64,000 nt of DNA from Squalus acanthias. Lineage: Eukaryota. Every line of letters begins with the position of its first letter. Position 1 is the stretch's first letter. Shown here in pieces: positions 37,256 through 49,988 of the stretch. The notes under the pieces were generated by a model. The model was not told where the DNA came from, did no database searches, and saw nothing but the letters and a program-made list of their open reading frames with translations. The position numbers and the translations under genes were made by a program. Location: positions 106,828,001-106,892,000 of the forward strand of contig CM059432.1 in assembly GCA_030390025.1 (NCBI GenBank). The letters are read 5' to 3'.

Positions 37256-38404
37256 TGTCATCTGCCGCAAATCCTGCCAGTTTTTTCTTCATTGTCCCCA
37301 ACATTAAGTGAGCCTGGATGATGCAGGCGTACTAGCGTGCTAGGACCAGATCCCATCGGGCGTGGGACCCACAGTTGTTTCAAACACAGTTTCCCAAGCG
37401 GCAAGTCTCAGATTTCTCATGCTGCCGTAAGATGTCATAGTACGGTTCCTGACCTCTCCTAGAGGTGGGCGTCCCATTAATGTTGCAAATGCTCTAGATG
37501 CCCGTCTTTCATATGCGAATGACCCTAACCCTATGTTTAGTGACAGGACCTTTAATTCTTCCCCGCAGCATTTCCAGCAATCGTAACTCAGTAATATGGT
37601 ACCAGGCAGAATCACTGGTTGCCAGCTTTCATGCTGCCTGGAAAATGGGTAATTTTTAATAAAGATTTTGTTCATTACTGTTTTTCTTCTGGACTACTAT
37701 TAGTCTGGGCACCTTTGGTTGATTCAATTTCAGTGACAATGTATTTGTCGAGGTGTGATGGGAGATTTGGGGCTTTGTTCATTGCCGACACTGGAGACCT
37801 TTACCTCAAATGTCCATGCCTTGGGGTTCAGAATAAAATAGCTTTAAAGCTTAGTAAAGATATTGGCCGCATTCCCAGGGACAACCAGTCACAACCAGAG
37901 CACTGGGGCTGTCAAGACTGGTAGGCTATTATCCAGAGACACTTATGCCAATTGTAGTCCACCAGCCGAGATCAATATGGGCCATGTGGCTAAGCTATTC
38001 ACTGTCATAACCAGCAGTGCAACTGGGGAAGCCTAATAGTCTACCAGTTTTGACAGTCCCATTGCTCTGTTTGCTGACTCATGAAGTGTTAATTCAGTGG
38101 AAGTGTTAGTTTTAGTCTTAAAGGCATAACTGCATATACTCACGTTGATTAGCAATTGTGTCGCCATTGTTGAACGTAAATATCACTCCTAACATTTCCC
38201 GTGTGTTAAAAGCCCTCCTGTTGTCTCTTTTCTTTGAACCAAGCAATGGGCCGCATCAGGCAAGAACAAAGACAAAATCCATTTGGAAGGAAAGAAAGTT
38301 GCAGTCTTTTGCCAACACTGTTTTGCTATGAATGTATATTGTTCTTCTGTTGCTCATCTTTTGAAGAGAATGTGAATTGCAGTATCTTCATATAGATTAA
38401 TGCA

Positions 38405-39985
38405 TAATGTATATTAATAGAAAGAGTGTATCTAAGGTTAATGTGGGCCCCTTAAAAAGAGATGCAGGTGATATTGTAATAGGTGAAGAAATTATAGATG
38501 CAGTCATGATCTTTCAAAGCTTTCTTGATTTAGGAATTGTCCCCTTGGATTGGAAAATTACCAATGCTACTCCATTATTTAAGAAAGGTGGGAGAGATAA
38601 ACCAGGAAATTACAGACCTATTAGTCAAATGTTTGTTGTGGGGAAGTTACTAGAATCTGTCATTAGGAACAGAGTGACTGAGCACTTGGACAAATATGAA
38701 CTAATCAGAGAGAGCCAGCATGGATTTGTAAAGGGTAAGTCATGTCTAACTGACCTTTTGAATTTTTTGAAGAGGTCACTAACGTGGTAGATAAGGGAGT
38801 GTCTATTGATATTTATATGGACATCCAGAAGCATTCGATAAGGTTCCACACAAAAGACTGTTAGCAAAAATGAGAGTGCATGGAATTGGAGATAACCTTT
38901 GATGTGGGTGGGCAATTGGTTATGAGGTAGGAGACAGAGAGTAGGGAGAATGGATATGCACTCCAGTAGGCAGGATCTGACTCGTGATGTCCCTCAGGGA
39001 TCTGTACTCAGCTTTTCACTGTATTTGTCAATGACTTAGATGAAGGAATAGAGTGCCGTACACCCAAGTTTACTGACAACACTAAGTTCGATGTAAATAG
39101 TAAGTAGTGTAGGTGGGAGCAGAAAGTTGCAAAAGGGCATTGATAGATTAAGTGAGTGGGCAAATCTGTGGCAGTAGGAGTTCAATGTGGGGAAGTGCAA
39201 GGTCATCCACTTTGGACCGAAGAAAGATAGATCAGAATATTTTTTAAATGGCAAGAAGCTAGGAACTGTGGATGAGCAGAGAGATTTAGGGGTTCATGTA
39301 CAGAAATCATTAAAAACTAGTGGACAGATACAAAAAATAATTTTAAAAGGCTAATGGAATGTTGGCCTTCATCGCAAGAGGGCTGGAATACAAAGGAGCA
39401 GAAGTTATGTTATAGTTGTTTGGGACTCTGGTTAGACTCCGTTTTGGAGTACTGTATTCAGTTCTGGGCACCGCATCTCAGGAAGGATATATTGGCCTTG
39501 GAGGGGATGCAGCGCAGATTCACCAGAATGATACTGGGGCTATAAGGATTAACTTATGAGGACAGGTTGCGTAGACTAGGCGTGTATTCCCTTGAGTACA
39601 GAAGATTAAGAGGTGAACTAATTGAGGCGTTTAAGATGATTAAAGAATTTGGAAGGGTGGATAGAGAGAAACTATTTCCTCTGGTGGGGGTGTCCAGAAC
39701 AAGGTGGCGGAAAATTAAAATGAGAGCTCGGCCGTTCAGGGGTGATGACAGGAAGTGATTCTTCACACAAAACGTAGTGGAAATCGAGAACTCTCTTCCC
39801 CCAAAAAGCTGTTGAGGCTAGATCAGTTGAAATTTTCAAAACTGAAATTGATAGATTTTTCTTAGTGTATTAAGGGATATGCAACCAAGGCAGTTAAATG
39901 GAGTTAAGATACAGATCAGCCATGATCTAATTGAATAGCGGAACAGGCTCAAATGGCTGAATGGCCTACTTCTGTTCCTATGTTC
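38405..39985 (+). mobile_element. Decayed CR1 LINE, RT to 3' UTR
   Basis: DKPGNYRPIS and QHGFVKGKSCLT motifs, many stops and frameshifts. The 3' UTR is gatcagccatgatc...ggcctacttctgttcctatgttcc. Confidence 0.88.
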
Positions 39986-40680
39986 CCACCCTTGTATGTT
40001 TATCTTTACACTGTTTGCACAAAAATAGTACTGAGCACATATTTTGCTTAAATAAAATCTGACAGGATCGTATGACCTTTTAGAGTAGTTAACCAGCTGC
40101 AGGCAGGATTTTGTGTACAACAGCAATATTCACTTATTAGGACAAATACTTTTACTTAGTGCTGGTAACTCGTGGTCCCTCTTCCATCACATATAGTTAT
40201 AGATAGTTATATCTCACAATTCCTCTACTGGTCACCAAGTAAATACCAAGATGATTGAGAAGTGCTTGCATATATTTTAAATGTGTTTTTTTAATAATTG
40301 GGAATCCCAGGCCCCTAATACAGGACACAAAGTTTGAAAAGATGAGAAATCAATAAGTAGCAGTTCAGCGACACTAAGCTTGTGAGTGGGACTAGTGGCA
40401 GATCAGAGTCAATACAGAGAGAGGAGATGATTAATGCATTTTCTTGTGCACCTCCTCCTCTCCCCCACTCTCTCTTCCTCCCCTTACTCCCCCGTCTCTC
40501 TCCCCCATCCCCTCTCCCCTTCTCCCCTTTTGTTCTAGGTTTCCTTGCTACTATTTCCTAATCTGCTCTCTTCAATAGATGTGAACCCTAACCAGTCCCC
40601 AGTTTTAGTTAAGAAGAGCGGTCAGGCTGGTAGAAAATAAAGCATTGAACAAGGGCATACATTTTGTGATCAGACTTGAA

Positions 40681-41503
40681 GGGGGTGATTTTATCACTGG
40701 GGACGTGATGGAGGTGGGAAAGCTGCTTGTCGGGTTGTAGCCCCGTCTCCATCGACGTCTGGCCAACCCACGCTATTTTCCCTTGATTGGCCTTGTTAAG
40801 CCCGCTTCGCGGGCTTAACCGGCCAATTAAGGGAAAGCCGGTGACAGATGACAGCGAATGACGTTTCATCTGTCAAGATTTTTTGACAGATGAATTGTCA
40901 TCGTTTGACAGCTCTGTGAAGCTGTCAAACACTGACAATCTGTCTTCTAAGTTGAGTCCTTTACTCGACTCACTTAGAAAGCTTTCCTGAGCAGAAAGCA
41001 GAAGGCTGCTGCATTTAAGAATGCAGCGGCCATTGTGCTTTCTCTGCTGGTGAGATGAGGCAGCTCCGCAGCCTAAAGGGATGAAGCCTGGAGGAAGAAG
41101 CAAAGGTAAGTAATCTTATTAAAACATTTTAGACTCACCTCACACGCTTACCTCTCCACACTTGCACTCATCACTCACATGCACACCGGACATTTTGGCC
41201 CCTCCGACCCTCGCAGACCCACAGCTCGCCTCACTAACCCTGGTGAGGTTCGGCGCCATTGGGAAGCCCACACTTTAGGTCTCAAAATAGGGATTAGCCA
41301 AAAAACTGCCTGTTAACTACCTGTTAACAGGCAGTTGATTGGCACTAATCCCCTTCCTGCCTCGAGGAGACTGGACACGGGTTGGGTACCCGCCTCCTGG
41401 GAAGATGGCACGGAGGCGGGTTGGGGGTGGGATGGGTACCCGCTCCCAGATTCTGCCATTTTCCTGGCAGTCCCGCCTCCCCAGGGCTGGCAAAATCGCC
41501 CCT
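40681..41503. mobile_element. Harbinger-type MITE (823 bp), palindrome-rich
   Basis: TIRs GGGGGTGATTTT / AAAATCGCCCCT with GAA duplicated on both sides. Homologous end-to-end to 42590-43422. Confidence 0.85.
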
Positions 41504-41733
41504 GAACTGTCTGGGACACATTGCAGCGTGGGATATCAGCCAGCTGTAAATGGGTAATACAGGGATAATAAGGAAATTATTGCACACTAGTTTAACTGTT
41601 CCTAATTTCAGTTTAGTTTCAAAATACATGTACAAACATGCCTTTATTTGAAATTGACAGTGATGTTTGTCTTCTAAACTGTTTATTTATTACTGTCTGT
41701 ACACTGAGAGAATATGCATTTGCTTTGTTACAG

Positions 41734-41922
41734 GATGCAAGCTGGGAGAAGCTTCTGATTTCCTTGTCCGACAGGGTACCCTGATTCAGCTTCCTGTGGC
41801 AAGTGGAGAAATGGGTTGTTACAGGGTGTGCACTTGTGGCTCAAGTGGGCGGTTGGAAAATTGCTTGGAGATGCCCTGTATTGATGTGCAAAAAACCTGC
41901 ATTGTAGGAGGCCAGAGGAAAA
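41734..41922 (+). CDS. RECK: RECK internal coding exon C (189 nt)
   Basis: tttgttacAG|ga ... gaaaa|GTaagt. Translates GCKLGEASDFLVRQGTLIQLPVASGEMGCYRVCTCGSSGRLENCLEMPCIDVQKTCIVGGQRK, inside ORF 41667..41987. Confidence 0.97.
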
Positions 41923-41936
41923 GTAAGTTTTTTAAA

Positions 41937-42010
41937 TACATATCTATATATATCCTATCTATATCTAATATATATATATATATATAATGTTCTCTCTATC
42001 TATCTATCTA
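41937..42010. repeat. (TA)n/(TATC)n compound microsatellite
   Basis: Read directly. It starts about 15 nt after the exon C donor. Confidence 0.85.
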
Positions 42011-42589
42011 AAACCATAAGTTATTTAAGAATGTGTCATATTAGTAAAGCCACTAAAATTTCCAGGGTAATAGATTTGAAGAAAGGTTCAAGGCCTGAGT
42101 CTGGTCAAGATCTGGGCCCCTAAGCAAGCCTGGGACTGAATTTATGAATAACCCCATTGTTATTTTAATTTAGTCTGTGAACAATGCTAAGCAATATTTC
42201 TATTGCCTGTAAAGCAGCAGGGACTGCTTTGTGTACAGTTTCTATGGAAAAAGAATGAAATATTTGAACTTTTAACTTAGGTGTTTATATTGCTTAAGAA
42301 AGGTGGTATCAATTAATAGTTTTCCTGGATTTTTTTAAATTACATTCAGTTTATTTAACATATTTTATTTGTTCTATGGCAGTGACTCAAAGAATAATGT
42401 TAATTGATAAGTAAAGCCTCAGATGACATTGGAAGAGTTAATGAACAACAGTTTTTTCAAAAAATGAAAAATTATGAATTTCTGTTGCCCTGACTATGTT
42501 GAACAGTTTCTTGACAGAACACAATAATGTTGTCATAAAATGCAAAATCACCCCATTACCTTGGAGAGATCCTGATGAATAAAGTCAAT

Positions 42590-43422
42590 GGGCTGGATTT
42601 TGTCAATGGGGACGTGATGGAGGCGGGACTCCCACTTTTTGGGTTGTAGTCCCGCCTCCATCGATTTGTGGCCAACCCATGCTACTTTCCCTTGATTGAC
42701 CTTGTTAAGCCCGCCCAGCGGGCTCAGCAGGCAATTAAGGGACACCTGGATACTGGTGACGTCAGCGATTGACATTTCATCTGTCAAGAGCTTTTGACAG
42801 ATGAAATATCAACGTTTGGCAGCTCTGTGAAGCTGTCAAACACTGATAATCTGTCTTCTAACTTGAGTCCTTCTACTCAGACTCAGTTAGAGAGCTCTCC
42901 AGACCAGAAAGCAGAGGCTGCAGCTTTTGACAGCTCAGCGGCCATTCTGCTTTCTGTGCCAGTGAGCTGAGGGACTCCCGAGAACTGAAGGGAGGAAGCC
43001 TGGAGGAGAAAGTAAAGGTAAGTAAAACTTATTAAAACACTTTACACACACCAAACACACTCACCTCTGCACTCATGCACCCATCACTCACCTGTACACC
43101 GAACATCTCAACCCCTCCAAGCCCTGCAGACAGACGGTCCGCCTCGCTAACTTGGCGTGGTTTGGAGCCGTCGGGCAGCCCACACTTCAGGGCTAAAAAT
43201 AGGGATTAGCCAAAAAACTGCCTGTTAACTACCTGTTAACAGGCAGTTAATTGGCACTAATCCCCTTCCCGCCTCGGGGAGGCGGCTCCCAGCACAGGTC
43301 GGGTACCCACCTCCTAGGACATTGGCTTGGGGGCGGGATGGGTACGTGCCCCCCCGAATCTGCAATTTTCACACCACTCCCGCCTCCAAACCCGCCTCCA
43401 CGGGGCTTGGAAAATCGAGCCT
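42590..43422. mobile_element. Harbinger-type MITE (833 bp), same family and orientation as 40681-41503
   Basis: TIRs GGGCTGGATTTT / AAAATCGAGCCT with a 3-bp AAT duplication. Confidence 0.87.
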
Positions 43423-43519
43423 AATGTGTTTGGTAAAATATATAGAAAGAACAAATTTGCTTGGGGACATCCCACACTGTTCACAGCAATGAATTCCTTT
43501 GTGAACTGCAATCACTGTT

Positions 43520-46300
43520 GCAGCTGATATTTTTCCACATATTTTTTCACAAACAGCAAATGAGGTATATGACCAGATAATCTAATTTTGGTGATGTTGG
43601 TTGAGAGAAGAATTTTGTTTAGCACAACAGAAGAACTCCCTGCTCTTCAAATAGTGCCATGGGATCTTATACATCCGCCTTAACGGGTAGACAGGGCCTC
43701 AGATTAGCACATATTTACATATAGATTGGGCTAACCAAATTAGTAAAAATACTGTGGAGGAGGAATTCCTAGAATGTTTACGGGATGGTTTTCTGGAACA
43801 ATATGTCGAGGAACCAACCAGAGATCAGGCCATCTTAGACTGGGTATTATGTAACGAGAAAGGATTAATTAGCAATCTTGTTGTACGAGGCCCCTTGGGT
43901 CAGACTGATCATAATATGATAGAATTCTTCATTAGGATGGAGAGTGAAGTAGTTGAATCAGAGACTAGGGTCCTGAATTTAAATAAAGGAAACTACGATG
44001 GTATGAGGCGTGAATTGGGTAGGATTGATTGGGGAATGTCACTCAAAGGGTTGACGGTGGATAGGCAATGGCAAACATTCAAAGACTGCATGGATGAACT
44101 ACAGAATTTGTTCATCCCAGTGTGGCATAAGAATAAAACAAAAAGGGTGACTCAACCGTGGCTAACAAGGGAAATTAGGGATAGCATAAGATCCAAGGAG
44201 AGGGCATATAAATTGGCCAGAAAAAGCAGTAACCCTGAGGATTGGGAGCAGTTTAGGATTCAACAAAGGAGGACAAGGATTAATTAAGAAGGGGAAAATA
44301 GAATATGAAAGTAAGCTTGCAGGGAACATAAAAACTGACTGTAAGAGCTTTTATAGATATGTGAAGAGAAAAAGATTAGTGAAATCAAGTGTAGGTCCCT
44401 TGCAGTCAGAAGCGGGGGAAGTTATAATGGGGAACAAAGAAATGTCAGACCAATTAAATGCATATTTTGGTTCTGTCTTCACAAAGGAGGACACAACTAA
44501 CCTCCCAGAGATGTTGGAGAACATAGGGTCTGATGAAAGGGAGGAACTGAAAGAAATCAGTATTTGCAGGGAAATGGTGTTAGGGAAATTGATGGGATCG
44601 AAGGCCAATAAATCCCCAGGGCCTGATAATCTACATCCTAGGGTACTTAAGGAAGTGGCCCTAGAAATAGTAGATGCATTGCTGATCATCTTCCAACATT
44701 CGATGGAATCTGGAACTGTACCCATGGATTGGAGGGTAGCTAATGTTACCCCACTATTCAAAAAGGGTGGTAGAGAGAAAGCGGGGAATTACAGACATCG
44801 GTAGTGGGGAAAATGCTGGAGTCCATTATAAAGGATGTAATAGCTGAGCACTTGAAAAACAGTGACAGGATCGGACAAAGTCAACATGGATTTACAAAAG
44901 GTAAATCGTGCTTGACTAATCTACTGGAATTTTTTGAGGATGTAACTGGGAAAATAGATAAGGGAGAACCAGTAGATGTGGTGTATTTGGACTTTCAAAA
45001 GGCTTTCGATAAGGTCCCGCATAAGAGATTAGCGTGTAAAGTTAAGGCACATGGGATTGGGGGCAAGATATTGACTTGGATAGAGAACTGGTTGGCGGAC
45101 AGAAAGCAGAGAGTAGGAATTAATGGGTCTTTTTCCGAGTGGCAGGCAGTGACTAGTGGGGTACCGCAGGGTTCGGTCCTTGGACCCCAGCTATTCACTA
45201 TATACATTAATGATCTGGATAAGGGAACTAAATGTAATATCTCCAAGTTTGCAGATGACACAAAGCTGGGTGGGCGTGTGTGCTCCGAGGAGGATACTGA
45301 GAAACTCCAGGATGATTTGGACAGGTTGGGTGAGTGGGCAGAAGCGTGGCAGATGCAATATAACGTGGATAAATGCGAGGTTATCCACTTTGGTGTCAAA
45401 AACAGAAAGGCAGACTATTATCTGAATGGCAATAGATTGGGAGAAGGGGAAGTGCAACGAGACCTGGGTGTCCTTGTGCACCAGTCGCTGAAGGTAAGCA
45501 TGCAGGTGCAGCAGGCGGTGAAGAAGGCAAATGGTATGTTGGCCTTCATAGCGAAAGGGTTTGAGTATAGGAACAGGGATGTCCTGCTGCAGTTGTACAG
45601 GGCCTTGGTGAGACCACACCTTGAGTACTGTGTGCAGTTTTGGTCGCCTTATCTGAGGAAGGATGTTCTTGTCATGGAAGGAGTTCAGCGAAGATGCACA
45701 AGGCTGATACCTGGGATGGCAGGAATGACATATGTAGAGATTGGGTCGATTGGGCTTATACTCGCTGGAGTATAGAAGAATGAGAGGGGATCTCATCGAA
45801 ACATATAAAATTCTGACAGGTCTGGGCAAACTAGATGCAGGAAGAATGTTCCCGATGGTCGGAGAGTCCAGAACCAGGGGTCATAATCTAAGGATAAGGG
45901 GAAAGCCATTTAGGACAGAAATGAGGAAGAATTTCTTCACCCAGAGAGTGGTGAACCTGTGGAATTCTCTACCACAGAAGGTAGTTGAGGCCAAGTCATT
46001 AAATATATTCAAGAATGAGTTAGATATATTTCTTAAAGCTAAAGGTATCAAGGGATATGGGGAGAAGGCAGGTACAGGGTACTGAGTTTGGATGATCAGC
46101 CATGATCTCATCGAATGGCGGAGCAGGCTCGAGGGGCCGAATGGCCTACTCCTGCTCCTATTTTCTATGTTACCTCCAACAGTGCACCATTCCCTAAGCA
46201 CTGAGCTGTCAGCCTAGATTACGTGCTCAATCTCTGGAGTGGGATTTGAACCCACAACCTTCTGACTCAGGCCAGAGTGCTACCACTGAGCCAAGGCTGA
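43520..46300 (-). mobile_element. SacSINE1-like element split into about 43520-43700 and 46172-46300 by a CR1 insertion
   Basis: The left part holds the core (ctgctcttcaaatagtgccatgggatctt...agacagggcctc). The right part holds the tRNA-like head (gggatttgaacccacaaccttctgactcag...ctaccactgagccaaggctg). Confidence 0.75.
43705..46170 (+). mobile_element. 5'-truncated CR1 LINE (end of APE, RT, 3' UTR)
   Basis: ORFs 43754..44287, 44361..44804, 44804..45775 and 45741..46085 are consecutive frameshifted pieces of ORF2. Confidence 0.94.
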
Positions 46301-46670
46301 TACCTACCATCCAAAGCACTTCACAGCTCATACTTCGAAGTGCAGTGGCTGTTATCGTGTCAGCAAATCTGCAGCCATTTTGCATGTTTTTGAAGTAATC
46401 CGAGGCAATGTTCCCGTTGAGTCGCACGGCCGCACAGTCATCGGCAAAGTCCCGCTCAGGCCGCTCACCATCTTTCACATTGTAGATACTGCGTATGGGC
46501 AAAAATTTGAATGGGCCATGCTGGAGGCAGTGCAGCTTACGGGGGATGTTGATCCGAGGCCCTGTCTACCCGCTAAGGTGGATGTACAAGATTTTTTTGT
46601 CCTGGTTAGTTGCATAGTTAAACCTTTTCTGAATTTCTGATAACACTGCTTTTGTTTCTCTGCCCCGCAG

Positions 46671-46793
46671 GTCATGGAACATCTTTTAAAGTGGACTGCA
46701 ACACATGCTCGTGTTTTGCTGGAGAGCTGATCTGTTCAAACCGTCAGTGTTTAAGTGATTACAGTTCTCGGCTGGATCGGAGAAAGTTCACAG
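46671..46793 (+). CDS. RECK: RECK internal coding exon D (123 nt)
   Basis: ctgccccgcAG|gt ... cacag|GTcaga. Translates SHGTSFKVDCNTCSCFAGELICSNRQCLSDYSSRLDRRKFT, inside ORF 46652..46933. Confidence 0.96.
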
Positions 46794-49700
46794 GTCAGAC
46801 TTTTGATAAGTACATTATGCTCTCTGAAAAATTAGACCATAAAATAAAATCGTTTATTGCTCTTGGCGGGGCGGATTTCTTGGATGAGTTGTGTGTAGAA
46901 TTTGTTTTTGTTCTGTGTGCAGAAAAATTCTAATTATTGCCTTTAAGAGTCTCCTGGATGTAGTTTTTCATGAAAATAACATTTCTTACAGTTAATAATT
47001 ATGCAGTGTCATAGCAAAGATGGAAGTCATTTAAATGCTTGGTTGTAACGGGAATAATTCTCTGAGTACGCATTGGAGGCCTGAACCTTGTCTGATGCCA
47101 GTGCATGTGGTAGAATCGTGGGTGCAATTTTCAATCATTTCACATGTGGCAGGTAAGGTTCCCAATCACAGGAAAAATCACCTATTACGGCTGTGAGGAG
47201 AAACTGATAAAAATGTAACACAGTTAAAATAGCCCTTTGCGACACCATGACGTCCTGTGCCATGGTGAAGCTCAGCAATGATGACAAATGCCTCTTTCCC
47301 TTTAAGAATTCCTTTACACATGGAGATTCTGCTTAAACCCAGGTCAGATGGGTGGACTGAGACCACAAAATGGTAAACCATTTTAATTATACAATCGTAC
47401 AGCACAGAAGGAGGGCATTTGGCCATCGTATCTGTGCCGGCTCTTTGATAGAGCTATCCAATTAGTCCCACTCCCCTGCTCTTTCCCATAGCCCTGAAAA
47501 TTTCTCCTTTTCAAGTATTTATCCAATTCCCTTTTAAAAGTTACTATTGAATCTGATGGAGCATCATAACTCGCTTCGTAAAAAAAATCTCCTCATTTCT
47601 CCCCTGGATTCTTCGCCAATTATCTTAAATCTATGACGTCAGGTTACCGACCCATTTGACAGAAGAAACAGTTTCTCCTTATCTATTCCATCAAAACTCC
47701 TCATAATTTTTAACATCTCTATTAAATCTCCTGTTATCCTTCTCTTCTCTAAGGAGAACAACCACAGCTTCTCCAGTCTCTCCACATCGAATCATAGAAT
47801 GATACAGCGCAGAAGGAGGTCATTCGGCCCATCGTGCCTGTGCTGGCTCTTAGGTAGAGCTGTCCAATTAATCCCACTCCCCTGCTCTTTCCCCATAGCC
47901 CTGTAAATTTTTTCCCTTCAAGTATTTATCCAATTTCCTTTTGAATGTTACTATTGAATCTGCTTTCACCACCCTTTCAGGCAGTGCATTCCAGATCACA
48001 ACAACTCACTGTGTAAAAAAATAAGTTTCCGCAAGTTGCCTCTGGTTCATTTGTCAATCTGCCAAATGACGTAACTGAAGTCCCTCATCCTTGGTACCAT
48101 TCTCCTCTGCACCATCTCCACAGTCTTGACATCCTTCCTAAAGTGTTTTGCCCAGAATTGGACACTATACTCCCAACTGAGGCCTAACCAGTGATTATAA
48201 AGGTTTACCTTAACTTCCTTGCTTTTGTACCCTGTGCCTCTGTTTATAAAGCCATGGATTCCATATGCTTTTTAAAAAGCCTTCTCGACTTTTCCTGCCA
48301 CCTTCAAAGATTTATGTATATGAACCCCCAGGTCTCTCTGTTTCTGCACCCCCTTTAAAATTGTACCATTTAATTTATATTGTCACTCCTCATTTTTCCT
48401 TCCTAAATGCATCACTTCACACTTCTCTGCATTAAATTTCATCTGCCATGTGCCTGCCCATGCCCCCCCCCTGAAGTCTGTTACTATCCTCCTCACTGTT
48501 TATTATATTTCCAAGCTTTGTGTCATCTGCAAACTTTGAAATTATGCCCACATACCCAAGTCCAGGTCGTTAATATATATCAAAAAGAGCAGTGGTCCTA
48601 ATAACGACCCCTGGGAGACACCACTGCACACTACCCTCCAGTCTGATAAACAACCGTTCACCACTACTGTCTGCTTTCTGTCTCTTAGCCAGTGTTGTAT
48701 CCACTCTGCCACTGTCTCTTTAGTCCCGTGGGCTTCAATTTTGCTAACAAGTCTATTATGTGGCACTTTATCAAACGCCTTCCGAAAGTCCATATACATA
48801 ACATTAACTACACTACCTTCATTAACCCTCTCTGTTATTTAATTGAAGAACTCAATCAAGTTTGTCAGACATGATTTGAATTTAACAAATCCATGTTGGC
48901 TGTCATTTATTAACTCATATCCTTGCAAGTGACAATTGATTTTGTCCTGGATTATGGTCTCTAGAAGTTTCCCCACCACCCTTTGGTTGACTGGCCTGTA
49001 CTTACCTGTTTTATATCTTTTTTTGAATTGGGGTGTAGCATTTACAACCTTCAACTCCTCTGCCTCCGCTCCCATAGCCAAGGAGGATTGAAAGAATGTT
49101 GCCAAAGCCTCTGCTATTTCCACCCTTACTTCCCTCAGCAACCAAGGATGCATCCCATCTGAACTGGGTGACTTTTCTATTGAGTGCTGCGAGCAGTTTA
49201 GGTACTTCCTCTTTATCTATTTCTATCCTATCTAATTTCTCTACCCCCCCCCCCCTTCACTGTGATATTGGCATCATCCTCTTTAGTGAAGACAAATGTA
49301 AAGTACTCATTTATTACCTCAGCCATGCCATCTGCCTCCACAAGAAGATTTCCTTTTTAGTTCCTAATGGGCCCCACCCTTCCTTTGACTATCCGTTTAT
49401 TCTTTATTTAGTGTTCCCTTTTAAGTTACCCGCTAATCTTTTCTCATACATTCGCTTTGCCCCTTATTTCCTTTTTCAGTTCTCCTCTGCACTTTCTGTA
49501 TTCTGCTTGATTCTCTACTGTATTATGAACCTGACATTTATCATAAGCCTCCTTTTTCTGTTTCATTTTAATCCCAATTTCTTTAGTCATCCAGGGAGCT
49601 CTAACTTTGGATGCCCTTCCTTTCCCCCTCATATGAATGTGTCTAGTCTGTACCCAAACTATCTCCTCTTTGAAGGCTTCTCATTTACTGTTTTCCCTGA

Positions 49701-49988
49701 TAATCTTTGGCCCAAAACTTGCGGTCGGTGGCATGGCTACGGAGTACGCCGCCAACCTCCGAAAAGAATACAAACTTACCTTGTGCGAGGCCCCACACAT
49801 AGACTTGCTGTTTGGCGCTGCAGAGTTGTGTGCAGCGTATTACCTCACGGAGGCCAGGAGCGCAGCGTAAGGCCTGTGCGTAAGGGAAGGCGCGCCCACA
49901 AAATCGGTCAAAACTAAGCCACGCCCACAGAAACTTCTTTCAGTCTTGCATTGAAATTAATATTTTAAAACTTTTAATTAAACTGGTA

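Noticed and set aside
35863..37280. Possible further MITE with TGGCAGGA ends hosting the 36040-37255 CR1
   Set aside because: The inverted match is only about 8 bp with no clear TSD, too weak to list.
45191..45829. Long ORFs antisense to LINE ORF2 (also 14149..14586, 33253..33858, 49096..49917)
   Set aside because: These are shadow frames of CR1 coding sequence and recur in every copy.
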